A program made the position numbers and the translations under genes. A stretch of DNA of 64,000 nucleotides from Bacteroidales bacterium (GTDB lineage Bacteria; Bacteroidota; Bacteroidia; Bacteroidales; UBA7960). Under the pieces are notes generated by a model, which worked only from the letters and a program-made list of their open reading frames with translations, ran no database searches and was not told where the DNA came from. The stretch spans positions 5,073-69,072 of the forward strand of contig JAHYJD010000007.1 in NCBI GenBank assembly GCA_019429365.1. The letters run 5' to 3'. Below are positions 30,018 through 38,835 of the stretch, piece by piece (the stretch's first letter is position 1; the number at the start of each line of letters is the position of its first letter).

Positions 30018-31277
30018 ATGAAAATATTGAGAACCAGTCTACTTTTTGCCGGAATCGCAGCCCTGCTTATGGTCTCCTTTTCGTGCAACCGTAAAAGCAA
30101 AAGCCTGGTGACCACTGCCAGCGGAAAAAACATAGAAGAAATTATGGAAATGCCTGTACCCCTTCGCAACAACCTTTTTGCTTTCGATCTGCTGAAAGCC
30201 ATCCCCGAATACAAGGAAAACTTTATTATTTCGCCTTTCAGTATTTCGTCGGCCCTGGCCATGACCTATGCCGGAGCTGCCGGCGCCACCCAGGACGAAA
30301 TGGTGCGTACGCTCTATTTCGATCCCGATCAGGATCGCTTTCACCCCGACTACAGCGCATATATGATGCGACTGCGCGAGCTGGCCGGCGACAAGGTGCA
30401 GCTGAATATTGCCAACAACCTTTGGGCACAGCAGGGATACCACTTCCGGCAGCAATACTTCGACTTGCTGGAACTAAATTACGGCACCACACTGAATGAG
30501 GTGGACTTTTACCGCGGCGACCGCGAGCAGATTCGGCTCGACATTAACCAATGGGTGTTTGAAGAAACCCGCGAAAAGATCAGCGATCTGATTGCCCAGG
30601 GCGTTCTAACCGAAGATACCCGCCTGGTGCTGGTCAATGCCATTCATTTTTACGGGCCATGGATGGTAGAATTTGAAAAAAGCATGACCCGTCAGGATTA
30701 TTTCCGCAACATAAGCGGCGAGCGTCAGCTTACCGATTTCATGTTCCGCAGCGACAAGTTTCAGTATTTTTCCGGCGAGCAAATGCAAGCCCTGGAGCTG
30801 CCCTATGCCGGCGGCGATTTTTCCATGCTCATAGTCCTTCCAAACGAGGAGATAAGCCTGCCCGATCTGGAGCAAAGCCTTTCGGCAGAAGATTTTATGG
30901 AAATGATGACTGGCATGGAAGAAAAGGAAGCAGATGTGATCATTCCAAAATTCAAGGCAGAAACAAAAACCGACCTCGAAGACTTGCTGGCCCAAATGGG
31001 GATGCCGCTGGCTTTCTCCAATAAGGCCGATTTCAGCGGTATGACGGGCGAGCAGGACCTCAAAATTGACAAGGTAATACACAAAGCAATGATTGAAGTG
31101 GGCGAAGAAGGCACCGAAGCTGCAGCAGCCACAGCCGTGGTTATTGTGAGGAAAACCGCGATAATGCCCGGTGAAGAAACCAAAATCCTGTTCAAGGCCG
31201 ATCGTCCTTTCCTTTATTTCATTAAGGACAACCACAACAACAGCATACTGTTTATGGGCCGTCAGCTTAAGTTCTGA
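30018..31277 (+). CDS. serpin-family protease inhibitor, lipoprotein-type signal
   Basis: 419 aa. The signal ends in SFSC. Serpin blocks are SPFSISSALAMTYAGA and NAIHFYGPW. The hinge and reactive-centre loop read EEGTEAAAATAVVIVRKTAI, followed by FKADRPFLYFI. Confidence 0.85.
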   Translation: MKILRTSLLFAGIAALLMVSFSCNRKSKSLVTTASGKNIEEIMEMPVPLRNNLFAFDLLKAIPEYKENFIISPFSISSALAMTYAGAAGATQDEMVRTLYFDPDQDRFHPDYSAYMMRLRELAGDKVQLNIANNLWAQQGYHFRQQYFDLLELNYGTTLNEVDFYRGDREQIRLDINQWVFEETREKISDLIAQGVLTEDTRLVLVNAIHFYGPWMVEFEKSMTRQDYFRNISGERQLTDFMFRSDKFQYFSGEQMQALELPYAGGDFSMLIVLPNEEISLPDLEQSLSAEDFMEMMTGMEEKEADVIIPKFKAETKTDLEDLLAQMGMPLAFSNKADFSGMTGEQDLKIDKVIHKAMIEVGEEGTEAAAATAVVIVRKTAIMPGEETKILFKADRPFLYFIKDNHNNSILFMGRQLKF

Positions 31278-31290
31278 CCTCAAAAAAAAA

Positions 31291-31314
31291 GCCGCTCAAA
31301 CAGCGGCTTTTTTT
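31291..31314. terminator. bidirectional terminator between serpin and the convergent lipoprotein gene
   Basis: Stem gccgct/agcggc is flanked by an A9 run and a T7 run. Confidence 0.75.
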
Positions 31315-31329
31315 AATATCCTAATTGGA

Positions 31330-32817
31330 TTATTTGCATACCCACACGTCCAGGTGTATTACATAGTAGGGGTAATAAGGAACCTCAATTTCCAGTTCGT
31401 TTCCTTTGTAGGTTGTAAAAAGCCCGGCTGCCGGCCTTTCGGCGGGCAACTCGCCTTCGTTGTAGCCCTGAATCTTCACAGGTTCTGAAACATTGCGCAG
31501 CATCATATTGTCGCCCAGTGTAATGGTTAGCACTCCATTGCTGTATTGGGCATTGGCGCCTTCTACCAGTTGTTGCCCGGCATAAATGGGATGGGAGGAA
31601 CCTGTAGAAGAAGTATTGTCGAAATAATACCACCAGGCCTCACCCTCACCGGCATCTGAGCCTGCAAAAGCCGTTTCGGAAGTCCAGTTGCAGTCGTCAT
31701 CATCGTCTTCCACGAAAGTGAGAATCTTAAGTCCACCCAGTCCGGTGGCCACGAAAATAAAGTTGCCTTCCGATCTTACGAAGTTTGTAGAAAGCGGCCC
31801 ACCGAAGTCGAAGTAGCCATATTCCACGAAAGTGACATCCTTACCATCTGAACTACCTTCGAGACCCGCAACGGCAATACCAGCGCCGCCGTTACCTATG
31901 AAAAGCAAAGGATGGTTGTAAGAAACACTGTTGGTCACAAAATCTTCGTCTTCGAGGCCCGGAGGAGTAATGGGCCGATCGAAGGTCTGCAGCAAAGCGA
32001 GGCCATCTGCGTTGTAAATATGCACTCCTCCCCTGTTCAGTGCGGCGAAAAGAAATTCAGGCGAAGCATCCAGCTCGGCTTTGGAGGCCCTTTGCAAAAA
32101 GTCTGCATCTATAGGGATCGTTTCACCATCGAGCACATAAATATTTTCCCGGGTGAGCACATAGGCGTCTAGTCCAAGGGCAAAAGAACGGGCATCGGTA
32201 AAAGGAAGGAAGTCTTCGTTACCTTCGGCATCGATAATGGTTAGCCCGCCGGTACTTCCGCTCACAACATAAATCAAGTCCTCTGCTACGGTCATACTCA
32301 TTGCGGAAAATGACTGCAGCCTGAATACCTCCAGTTCAACGTCTTCGGCTTCGGGGTCGAGAAAACCGAAGTAGGCACCCTGCGAGTCCTGCCCGGCCAC
32401 CACAATTTGTCCATCGTGCCAACCGATGGTATTCACATCGCGATTGGGAAACTCAATGGAATGAATGATAAAAGGTGCGGCAGGATTGGTAATGTCAATA
32501 ATATCGATGGCACCCATTTGATCGGGTCCTCTCATATTATAGGAAACCAAGGCGCGGTTGCCCACAATTTCCACGTGGGTGGCCTGCACCGTGCGTCCGT
32601 CGATAATTGGCGCATCGACCTCAGCCACCAGGGTATAAATAAAGCCGGAAGTGGCTTGGATCGATTTCAGTCCAAAGCCTGGCACCAGACGTATTTCCTG
32701 ATTCTTGAATTTGACCCTGCTCTGGGGTTCGCCCGATCCGTCGATCCGCAGATCATCCTTCTGGCATGAGAAAAACAAAACAAGGAATCCGATAAGCGTA
32801 AAAGTAAATTTCTTCAT
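31330..32817 (-). CDS. beta-propeller lipoprotein (LVIVD-repeat-like)
   Basis: 495 aa with lipobox LFFSCQKDD. Blocks of the form GG(L/V).I.D/N recur (STGGLTIID, NRGGVHIYN, GLGGLKILT). Confidence 0.5.
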   Translation of the reverse strand: MKKFTFTLIGFLVLFFSCQKDDLRIDGSGEPQSRVKFKNQEIRLVPGFGLKSIQATSGFIYTLVAEVDAPIIDGRTVQATHVEIVGNRALVSYNMRGPDQMGAIDIIDITNPAAPFIIHSIEFPNRDVNTIGWHDGQIVVAGQDSQGAYFGFLDPEAEDVELEVFRLQSFSAMSMTVAEDLIYVVSGSTGGLTIIDAEGNEDFLPFTDARSFALGLDAYVLTRENIYVLDGETIPIDADFLQRASKAELDASPEFLFAALNRGGVHIYNADGLALLQTFDRPITPPGLEDEDFVTNSVSYNHPLLFIGNGGAGIAVAGLEGSSDGKDVTFVEYGYFDFGGPLSTNFVRSEGNFIFVATGLGGLKILTFVEDDDDDCNWTSETAFAGSDAGEGEAWWYYFDNTSSTGSSHPIYAGQQLVEGANAQYSNGVLTITLGDNMMLRNVSEPVKIQGYNEGELPAERPAAGLFTTYKGNELEIEVPYYPYYVIHLDVWVCK

Positions 32818-33049
32818 AGCGTGCAGAATAAATGATAAGAGCGGGTAAAGTTCTGCTCAGCCCCCCGAGCCCTTTGAACAATCCCAGTTAAACCTTGATT
32901 TTCAACCACAAACATAATCATTTTTCAGGTAAAATCAAAATAATATTATGTCCGCAGCCATTACTGTAACTAATGTTGAACAATCAAAGCTGCTTTCCGG
33001 TTTAACACCCAGTAAAAGATTTATTCACTCATTAAAAAAAACAACCTCT

Positions 33050-33478
33050 ATGAGCAAACATTATGCAAGCGCACGCTGGGAAGGCAACCTGGTAAAAGGC
33101 AACGGTAAATACACCCTGAAGACCAGCGGCCATGAAGGCGGCTACAGTTTTACCACGCGCTTTGAAGACGACAAGAAACTTTCGAGCCCCGAAGAACTGA
33201 TTGGTGCAGCCCATGCCGGCTGTTTTTCCATGGCCTTTGCCCACAGCCTCGACCAGGCAGGCTTCACCCCCGATTCAATAGAAACCGATGCCACAGTAAC
33301 GCTGGCAAAGACCGATGCCGGTTTTGCCATTACCGAAATTTTGCTCAAAACCCGCGGCAAAGTAGCTGGCATAAGCAAGGAGAAATTCCTCGAAATCGCC
33401 GGCGGCGCCAAGGAAAACTGCCCCGTTTCGAAAGCCCTGAAAGCCGTAAACATAAGCATGGAAGCTGAGTTGCTGTAA
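33050..33478 (+). CDS. osmC: OsmC-family peroxiredoxin
   Basis: The N-terminus MSKHYASARWEGNLVKGNG is typical of OsmC. Cys motifs are AAHAGCFSMA and ENCPVSKAL. The ORF track starts upstream at 32948, but that extension has no family support. Confidence 0.8.
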   Translation: MSKHYASARWEGNLVKGNGKYTLKTSGHEGGYSFTTRFEDDKKLSSPEELIGAAHAGCFSMAFAHSLDQAGFTPDSIETDATVTLAKTDAGFAITEILLKTRGKVAGISKEKFLEIAGGAKENCPVSKALKAVNISMEAELL

Positions 33479-33539
33479 AAATCCAGGCTCCGCTCAAGGT
33501 CCGCTCGAGAACCAGTGTAACCGTATTTAAAGCAGAACC

Positions 33540-33569
33540 CCCATTGGCGATTTTTAAGACGCCAATGGG
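33540..33569 (+). terminator. hairpin downstream of osmC
   Basis: 10-bp stem cccattggcg/cgccaatggg with a 10-nt loop, followed by agttaattttt. Confidence 0.6.
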
Positions 33570-33695
33570 AGTTAATTTTTAAGCGGCATTTGACGGTCCC
33601 CGAGCGGAATTCGACCGAAGGGAGAATGGAGTCGAGGGGTATTCGGGGTCTTTTTCACCGTAAGGACAAGTCGCGACCTGTCCCTACCCGGTTCC

Positions 33696-33717
33696 TACCT
33701 CGCTCTTACCTCGCTCT
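33696..33717. repeat. tandem 11-mer x2 (tacctcgctct)
   Basis: Read directly from the sequence, within the ORF-free tract 33480-33849. Confidence 0.8.
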
Positions 33718-33736
33718 TGTGGGATCGGAGTTAATT

Positions 33737-33771
33737 GGGACTTGAAAGGAAGATGCAAGGGACTTGAAAGG
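33737..33771. repeat. direct 13-mer repeat gggacttgaaagg x2 (period 22)
   Basis: Copies lie at 33737-33749 and 33759-33771. Confidence 0.8.
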
Positions 33772-33812
33772 GAGCTGAGAACTCTCGTTTAATCTTCGGC
33801 AGAAATAAAAAA

Positions 33813-33833
33813 TCAGGACCGTTGTGATCCTGA
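33813..33833 (-). terminator. hairpin terminator downstream of tRNA-Cys
   Basis: Stem tcagga/tcctga. On the - strand it is followed by a T6 run, and it starts 17 nt after the tRNA 3' end. Confidence 0.6.
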
Positions 33834-33849
33834 CTTTTTACCGGGGTTG

Positions 33850-33920
33850 AGGTCTCGAGCGGATTCGAACCGCTGTACGAGGTTTTGCAGACCTCTGCCT
33901 AGCCACTCGGCCACGAGACC
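33850..33920 (-). tRNA. tRNA-Cys (anticodon GCA)
   Basis: Folded by hand. The acceptor stem is GGTCTCG/CGAGACC and the anticodon stem is GAGGT/ACCTC with loop CTGCAAA. The T arm is AGCGG-TTCGAAT-CCGCT and the discriminator is T. No CCA is encoded. Confidence 0.85.
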
Positions 33921-33997
33921 CTGTTGGGTTTTAACGCCGCAAAAATAAAGCAAATTATGCTATTGGCAAAATTATTTTTTTGGTATTAATACCAAAT

Positions 33998-34348
33998 TTA
34001 TCGCGACAGCTCCACGCTCACGGCCTGCATCTTGCCTCCCATAGGCGGATTCATTTTGGATATACGAAGTTTAATATTGGTGATGGCCGGAAATTCAGCC
34101 ATAACCGAGTCGAGAATTCGGCGGCCGATATGTTCGAGCAGGGCGCTTTTGGTATCCATTTGGGCTTTCACCAGGTTGTACACCTTTTGGTAGTTTATAG
34201 TGTCGTGCAATTTGTCAGAAATTTCCGCGGCAGCGGTATTGGTTTCCAACTCCAGGTTCAGAATAAAACGGTTGCCAATGATCTGCTCCTCTTCAAAGCA
34301 GCCATGGTAGGCATAAAATTCCATTTGCTCCAGGATGATCTTTCCCAT
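33998..34348 (-). CDS. folB: dihydroneopterin aldolase
   Basis: 116 aa with the family signature EFYAYHGCFEEEQIIGNRF...DTINY. Confidence 0.85.
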   Translation of the reverse strand: MGKIILEQMEFYAYHGCFEEEQIIGNRFILNLELETNTAAAEISDKLHDTINYQKVYNLVKAQMDTKSALLEHIGRRILDSVMAEFPAITNIKLRISKMNPPMGGKMQAVSVELSR

Positions 34349-34412
34349 AAGAATCAGATTTTTGAATTATCACAAAAGTAAAAAAACCTCCCCTATAGTC
34401 CTTGCTTATTTT

Positions 34413-34420
34413 TAATTTTG
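34413..34420 (+). promoter_or_regulatory. candidate -7 promoter box (TAATTTTG) for glnS
   Basis: Matches TAnnTTTG 37 nt upstream of the glnS ATG. No properly spaced -33 element was seen. Confidence 0.3.
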
Positions 34421-34456
34421 CACTTTCGTGAAAATTAACAGACAAAAAACGGCCCG

Positions 34457-36151
34457 ATGAAGGAAAACACCACGCCCGAACCAAAAGCTTCGCTCAACTT
34501 CCTGGAACAGATCATAACCAACGACCTTGAAAATAACACCACCAGCGGGAAGGTGCATACGCGCTTCCCCCCGGAGCCAAACGGTTACCTGCATATCGGT
34601 CATGCCAAGAGTATCTGCCTCAACTTTGGGCTTGCCCAGAAATTCAATGGCAAGTGCAACCTTCGCTTTGATGATACCAACCCCACCAAGGAAGAGCAGG
34701 AATATGTGGATAGCATTAAGGAAGATGTGCGCTGGCTGGGCTTCGACTGGGAAGACCGGGAGTATTATGCATCGGATTATTTCGAGCAGCTATACCAGTT
34801 TGCCGTTCACCTGATAAAAAAAGGCAAGGCCTATGTGTGCGAAATGACGGCCGAAGAGATCAGTGCCAACCGTGGCACCCCGGCCATTCCCGGTAAGGAA
34901 AGCCCCTGGCGCAACCGCGGCGTGGAAGAAAACCTTGACCTTTTCGACCGCATGCGCAAAGGTGATCTTCCTGACGGCAGCCATGTATTGAGGGCCAAGG
35001 TCGACATGGCCTCGCCCAATATGCATATGCGCGACCCGGTAATGTATCGTATCATGCACGCCCACCACCACCGCACAGGCAACGACTGGTGCATTTACCC
35101 CATGTACGACTGGGCACACGGACAAAGCGACTACCTCGAGGGCATTACCCACAGCATTTGTACCCTCGAGTTCGAGGTGCACCGACCCCTTTACGAATGG
35201 TTTCTGAACGAGCTCGACCTGCCCAACCTCAAACCACGGCAGATTGAATTTGCGCGCCTTAACCTCAGCTATACGATTATGAGTAAACGTAAGCTGCTCA
35301 CCCTGGTGCAGGAAGGCCTGGTAAATGGCTGGGACGATCCCCGCATGCCTACCATTAGCGGATTACGCCGACGTGGCTTCACTCCAGCAAGTATCCGCAT
35401 GTTTGCCGATCGCGTGGGCGTGGCCAAGCGCGAAAACGTGATTGAGGTGGGCCTTCTGGAACATTGTATCCGCGAAGACCTGAACAAAAATGCACCGCGA
35501 GCCATGGCTGTTTTCAATCCGGTGAAGCTTATTATCGACAACTATCCCGAAGGACATTCGGAGGAGCTTCCTTCGCCCGTAAACCCCGAAGACCCTGACA
35601 GCGGCCACCGAATGCTGCCATTCAGCAAAAATTTAGTAATAGAGCGCGAAGACTTTATGGAAGACCCACCCAAGAAGTTCTTCCGCCTGGCACCCGGAGC
35701 CGAAGTGCGCCTGAAATCAGCTTACATTATCCGTTGCGATTATGTGGTGAAGGACGAACAGGGCGAGGTGACTGAAATACATTGCACCTATTTCCCGGAA
35801 ACAAAGAGCGGGCTGCCCAGCGACAAAAAAGTGAAAGGCACCCTGCATTGGGTTTGCCCCGAGCATGCCGTGGAAGCAGAGGTGCGACTTTACGACCGTC
35901 TGTTCAAGGTATCCGATCCGGAAGAAGTGGAGGAAGGCGAAGATTTTCGGGTGCACCTGAATCCTGAATCGCTTAAGGTGGTTAAGGCTATTGTTGAGCC
36001 TTCGGTAAAGGATGCTATTGCAGGCAAACACTACCAGTTTGAACGAAATGGGTATTATGTGGTGGATAAGGACACCCAGCCCGGCAATTTAGTGTTTAAC
36101 CGCATTGTGCCCCTGCGGGAATCGTGGGTAAACACCGAAAAAAACAAGTAA
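34457..36151 (+). CDS. glnS: glutamine--tRNA ligase
   Basis: 564 aa. The class I HIGH region is [16 protein letters not shown] and the KMSKS-like motif is TIMSKRKL. The size and C-terminal anticodon-binding beta-barrel region are typical of GlnRS. Confidence 0.92.
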   Translation: MKENTTPEPKASLNFLEQIITNDLENNTTSGKVHTRFPPEPNGYLHIGHAKSICLNFGLAQKFNGKCNLRFDDTNPTKEEQEYVDSIKEDVRWLGFDWEDREYYASDYFEQLYQFAVHLIKKGKAYVCEMTAEEISANRGTPAIPGKESPWRNRGVEENLDLFDRMRKGDLPDGSHVLRAKVDMASPNMHMRDPVMYRIMHAHHHRTGNDWCIYPMYDWAHGQSDYLEGITHSICTLEFEVHRPLYEWFLNELDLPNLKPRQIEFARLNLSYTIMSKRKLLTLVQEGLVNGWDDPRMPTISGLRRRGFTPASIRMFADRVGVAKRENVIEVGLLEHCIREDLNKNAPRAMAVFNPVKLIIDNYPEGHSEELPSPVNPEDPDSGHRMLPFSKNLVIEREDFMEDPPKKFFRLAPGAEVRLKSAYIIRCDYVVKDEQGEVTEIHCTYFPETKSGLPSDKKVKGTLHWVCPEHAVEAEVRLYDRLFKVSDPEEVEEGEDFRVHLNPESLKVVKAIVEPSVKDAIAGKHYQFERNGYYVVDKDTQPGNLVFNRIVPLRESWVNTEKNK

Positions 36152-36196
36152 ATATTTATTACAGCATCTGAAAAATTACTAAATTTGCACCTCCAT

Positions 36197-36269
36197 TGTC
36201 CTGTGGTGTAATTGGCAACACGTCTGACTCTGAATCAGAAGAGTTTAGGTTCGACCCCTAACAGGACAA
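36197..36269 (+). tRNA. tRNA-Gln (anticodon CTG)
   Basis: Folded by hand. The acceptor stem is TGTCCTG/CAGGACA (U1-A72) and the D stem is GTGT/ACAC. The anticodon stem is TCTGA/TCAGA with loop CTCTGAA. The T arm is TTAGG-TTCGACC-CCTAA. Confidence 0.85.
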
Positions 36270-36274
36270 CTTGA

Positions 36275-36320
36275 AAATCAGCCGCTTGCATTATTTTGCA
36301 AACGGCTGATTTTGTTTTTG
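36275..36320 (+). terminator. terminator after tRNA-Gln
   Basis: 10-bp stem aaatcagccg/cggctgattt, followed by tgttttt. Confidence 0.7.
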
Positions 36321-36448
36321 TATTTCCTGAAAGGTACATTTTCTTGAGGAGAATCTGGACCTCTGCCATTGGGTCTAACCGAAGAAACCTTTATCTGCTT
36401 GACCATCTTTTCAACTTTTCCTTATTTTTATCCTACGAAAAGGAAATT

Positions 36449-37069
36449 ATGGAAGCGCATCATTTTCGCGATAGCTTAAACCGGGAACTACAGCACCAGG
36501 CAAAGGCCGACCGGTTTTACTCCGAAAAAATGGGTGTGAAAAATATTGCCCGCTACAATTCGGACACGCAGGAAGACATGGTGTTTCAGCGTCAGGACAT
36601 TGATCTGTCGTTTGAGCTGAATGGCCGCCGACTAATGGTGTCGGAAAAATTCAGAAACCACGATTATGGCGACCTTTACCTTGAATGTTACAGCAAATAC
36701 CCTGGCACCCTCGGCTGGATGCACCACAGCAAGGCCGATTTCCTGGCCTGCTTTTTTCCCGAAAGGGTAATATGGCTGAATAAAAAAATGCTGGTCGATT
36801 TTTTTCACATCAAATTATTGCCGGCTGTTCCCGGAGCCTGGTTTGCAAAGATAAACCGCGAATTGCACGGCCGCAGCGGCCAACAAAAACACCAACTTGA
36901 GTTTTTCGGAAAAACATGGGAGTTTACTGTAATTCAAGCATTTAATCGCAGTGGTAACGATCAATGGCATACCATCGGCCTTGGAATACCCTTTAAAATG
37001 CTGGAGGAGTTTAATATACCTGGGAAAGTATTTATGATTTATGATTTAGGATTTAGGATTGAGGATTGA
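36449..37069 (+). CDS. hypothetical protein (possible nuclease partner of the convergent methyltransferase)
   Basis: 206 aa from the first ATG; the ORF track starts at TTG 36296. I recognise no family. An acidic/Lys cluster (QDIDLSFELNGRRLMVSEKFR...DLYLECYSK) is the only nuclease-like hint. The last roughly 12 codons are encoded by the heptamer array. Confidence 0.4.
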   Translation: MEAHHFRDSLNRELQHQAKADRFYSEKMGVKNIARYNSDTQEDMVFQRQDIDLSFELNGRRLMVSEKFRNHDYGDLYLECYSKYPGTLGWMHHSKADFLACFFPERVIWLNKKMLVDFFHIKLLPAVPGAWFAKINRELHGRSGQQKHQLEFFGKTWEFTVIQAFNRSGNDQWHTIGLGIPFKMLEEFNIPGKVFMIYDLGFRIED

Positions 37070-37096
37070 GGATTGAGGATTGAGGATTGAGGATTT
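37034..37096. repeat. tandem heptamer array, 9 units (atgattt x2, aggattt, aggattg x5, aggattt)
   Basis: Counted base by base. It spans the stop codon (37067-37069) of the preceding ORF. An inverted copy of the atgattt words lies at 37128-37154. Confidence 0.9.
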
Positions 37097-37167
37097 TGTC
37101 AATGCCTGAATAACGTTGACCGTTTTTAAATTCATAAATCATAATTCATAAATCTGAGGCCCTGCCT

Positions 37168-37926
37168 TTAATAAATAACTTTCGGTTCTCCTCCCTGGAA
37201 AAGTGAGGGGGCATTCATAAATTCGGTAAACCGTCCTTGGATAATCTGGCAGTACTCTGTGTTTAATTCATAACCAACAAAATCCCGTCCGGTTTTCAGG
37301 CAGGCCATGGCGGTAGTTCCTGAGCCCATGAAAGGGTCGAGCACCAGGTCGCCAGGATTGCTGCTGATCTCAATATAAGGGAGGCAAACCCGCAGTGGTT
37401 TCTGTGTTTTGTGCGGGGTGCGCTCAGCGCCCATGCAAATAGGGGCTTCAATAAAATTGTGCATCTCGTTCACGGGCTTGTGGTTCCATGTTTTGGGGCT
37501 TCCTTTTGAGAAGTGCACCATCAGCTCCATGCTGTTGGCAAACATTTTTCGGGTATGTATGGCAGGAAACGGGTTGGTTTTGTGCCAATGAATCACCTTG
37601 CGAAACTGAAAACCTGCCTTGGTAACAATACGGTTGATGTATGAAACGAAATCGTCGCCGCACCAAAGGTAGCCGCTTGCTCCCGGTTTGGCCACCCGGT
37701 AACACTCGCGCAGCACATCTTCAAGAAACTGCAGATAAGCTTCTTCAGAGACGAAACCATCAAATTCAAACTCGGTGACCACATCCTTATGGTTCTTCAG
37801 ACCCTTAATATTCTGGGCACGGTTTTGGTAATAGGGCGGGTCGGTAAAGATCAGGTCGGCAACCCCATCGTTTAGTGAAGCCATACCTTCCAAACAATTC
37901 TGGTGATATACAGTGTTAAGTCGCAT
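37168..37926 (-). CDS. DNA methyltransferase, beta-class (motif IV before motif I), DPPY type (probably N6-adenine)
   Basis: 252 aa. LIFTDPPYY lies near the N-terminus and LDPFMGSGTT near the C-terminus. Confidence 0.85.
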   Translation of the reverse strand: MRLNTVYHQNCLEGMASLNDGVADLIFTDPPYYQNRAQNIKGLKNHKDVVTEFEFDGFVSEEAYLQFLEDVLRECYRVAKPGASGYLWCGDDFVSYINRIVTKAGFQFRKVIHWHKTNPFPAIHTRKMFANSMELMVHFSKGSPKTWNHKPVNEMHNFIEAPICMGAERTPHKTQKPLRVCLPYIEISSNPGDLVLDPFMGSGTTAMACLKTGRDFVGYELNTEYCQIIQGRFTEFMNAPSLFQGGEPKVIY

Positions 37927-38109
37927 GCATAATGTTTTTTACAAAAATAATCATCCCCGCCAACAAACCTCTAACCCGAAAAAATTTTTTAATACTGAAT
38001 TTCGACTGAAAGGAAAATTATATTTTTTGCTTTCCAACCTTTTTCCTTTCAATAGCGTCTTACCTTTAACTGAGGATTTGATAAGGTGATTTTTGAAAAC
38101 CCTTCCTGC

Positions 38110-38829
38110 ATGAAAAAACTTTTACCACTATTCTTTATTCTTTTCCTGGGCCTTGCTTCTTGCCAAAAAGATCCTTCTACCCTGCCGGCAAAGATCAAAT
38201 TTAATTTTGGTATGACACCGCTCTCTGCCGGGGAAGGTCTGAAAGATGCTTCCGTTAATACTGACCAGAGCGGCCAGGTTTACCTTACCATGGATGGCGG
38301 TACGCTGGTGGTCAGCACCATTGAATTTGAGGGCAGGCGCCAGGATGCCAGCGATGTTTTTTTCACCGCCGATTTCGACCCGCCCATTGTGGTGGACCTC
38401 GAAACAGAAACCATGAACCGCCTGGTGCAATTCGACATACCCCAGGGCATTTACGAACGCATCGAACTGAAATTTCATCTCGGGGCTTCAGGACAACTGC
38501 CCCTGGTAATGACAGGCGAAGCCAACCTTCCCATCTTTGGTCAAAAACCCGTGAGATTTGAATACCAGTACAGTGAACCAGTGCGGGTAGTGGCTCAAAG
38601 CAGCACCGGAGGCAACATCGTGCTGAAAAAGGATGTGCCCGGCACAGCCACTGTCGATGTGAATGCCAGCCACCTTTTCAGGCTGGTAAATGTGGGGCTG
38701 CTGGTGTCTTCTGAATTACACAATGAGAATGGAGGCGAGATAATTCTGATTAACCAGGACATGAACAGTCCGATTTTTAACGTTATTGCTAATAGATTAA
38801 GTCAGTCTTTTGAGGTGATTTTTGAATAG
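38110..38829 (+). CDS. hypothetical lipoprotein
   Basis: The signal and lipobox are MKKLLPLFFILFLGLASCQKD. The ORF track starts at GTG 38086. Confidence 0.5.
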   Translation: MKKLLPLFFILFLGLASCQKDPSTLPAKIKFNFGMTPLSAGEGLKDASVNTDQSGQVYLTMDGGTLVVSTIEFEGRRQDASDVFFTADFDPPIVVDLETETMNRLVQFDIPQGIYERIELKFHLGASGQLPLVMTGEANLPIFGQKPVRFEYQYSEPVRVVAQSSTGGNIVLKKDVPGTATVDVNASHLFRLVNVGLLVSSELHNENGGEIILINQDMNSPIFNVIANRLSQSFEVIFE

Positions 38830-38835
38830 TTTTTA

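Noticed and set aside
29664-30262. Small ORFs (69-88 aa) in the AT-rich region upstream of the serpin gene.
   Set aside because: They overlap the promoter region or the serpin 5' end, have low-complexity composition, and show no motif or signal.
33595-33622. A tRNA-like fragment considered as a functional tRNA gene.
   Set aside because: Only a degenerate T-arm-like segment is present. No acceptor, D or anticodon arms can be folded.
37034-37096. The heptamer array considered as a CRISPR array or as a phase-variation switch.
   Set aside because: The units are 7 nt with no spacers and no cas genes, so it is not a CRISPR array. The array lies at the extreme 3' end of the ORF, so length changes would alter only the last few residues and would not switch expression.
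36270-37930. tRNA-adjacent segments (after tRNA-Gln, tRNA-Cys and tRNA-Thr) considered as integrated mobile elements.
   Set aside because: No integrase, transposase, recombinase or phage gene is present anywhere in the window, and no clear direct repeats of tRNA 3' ends bound an island.
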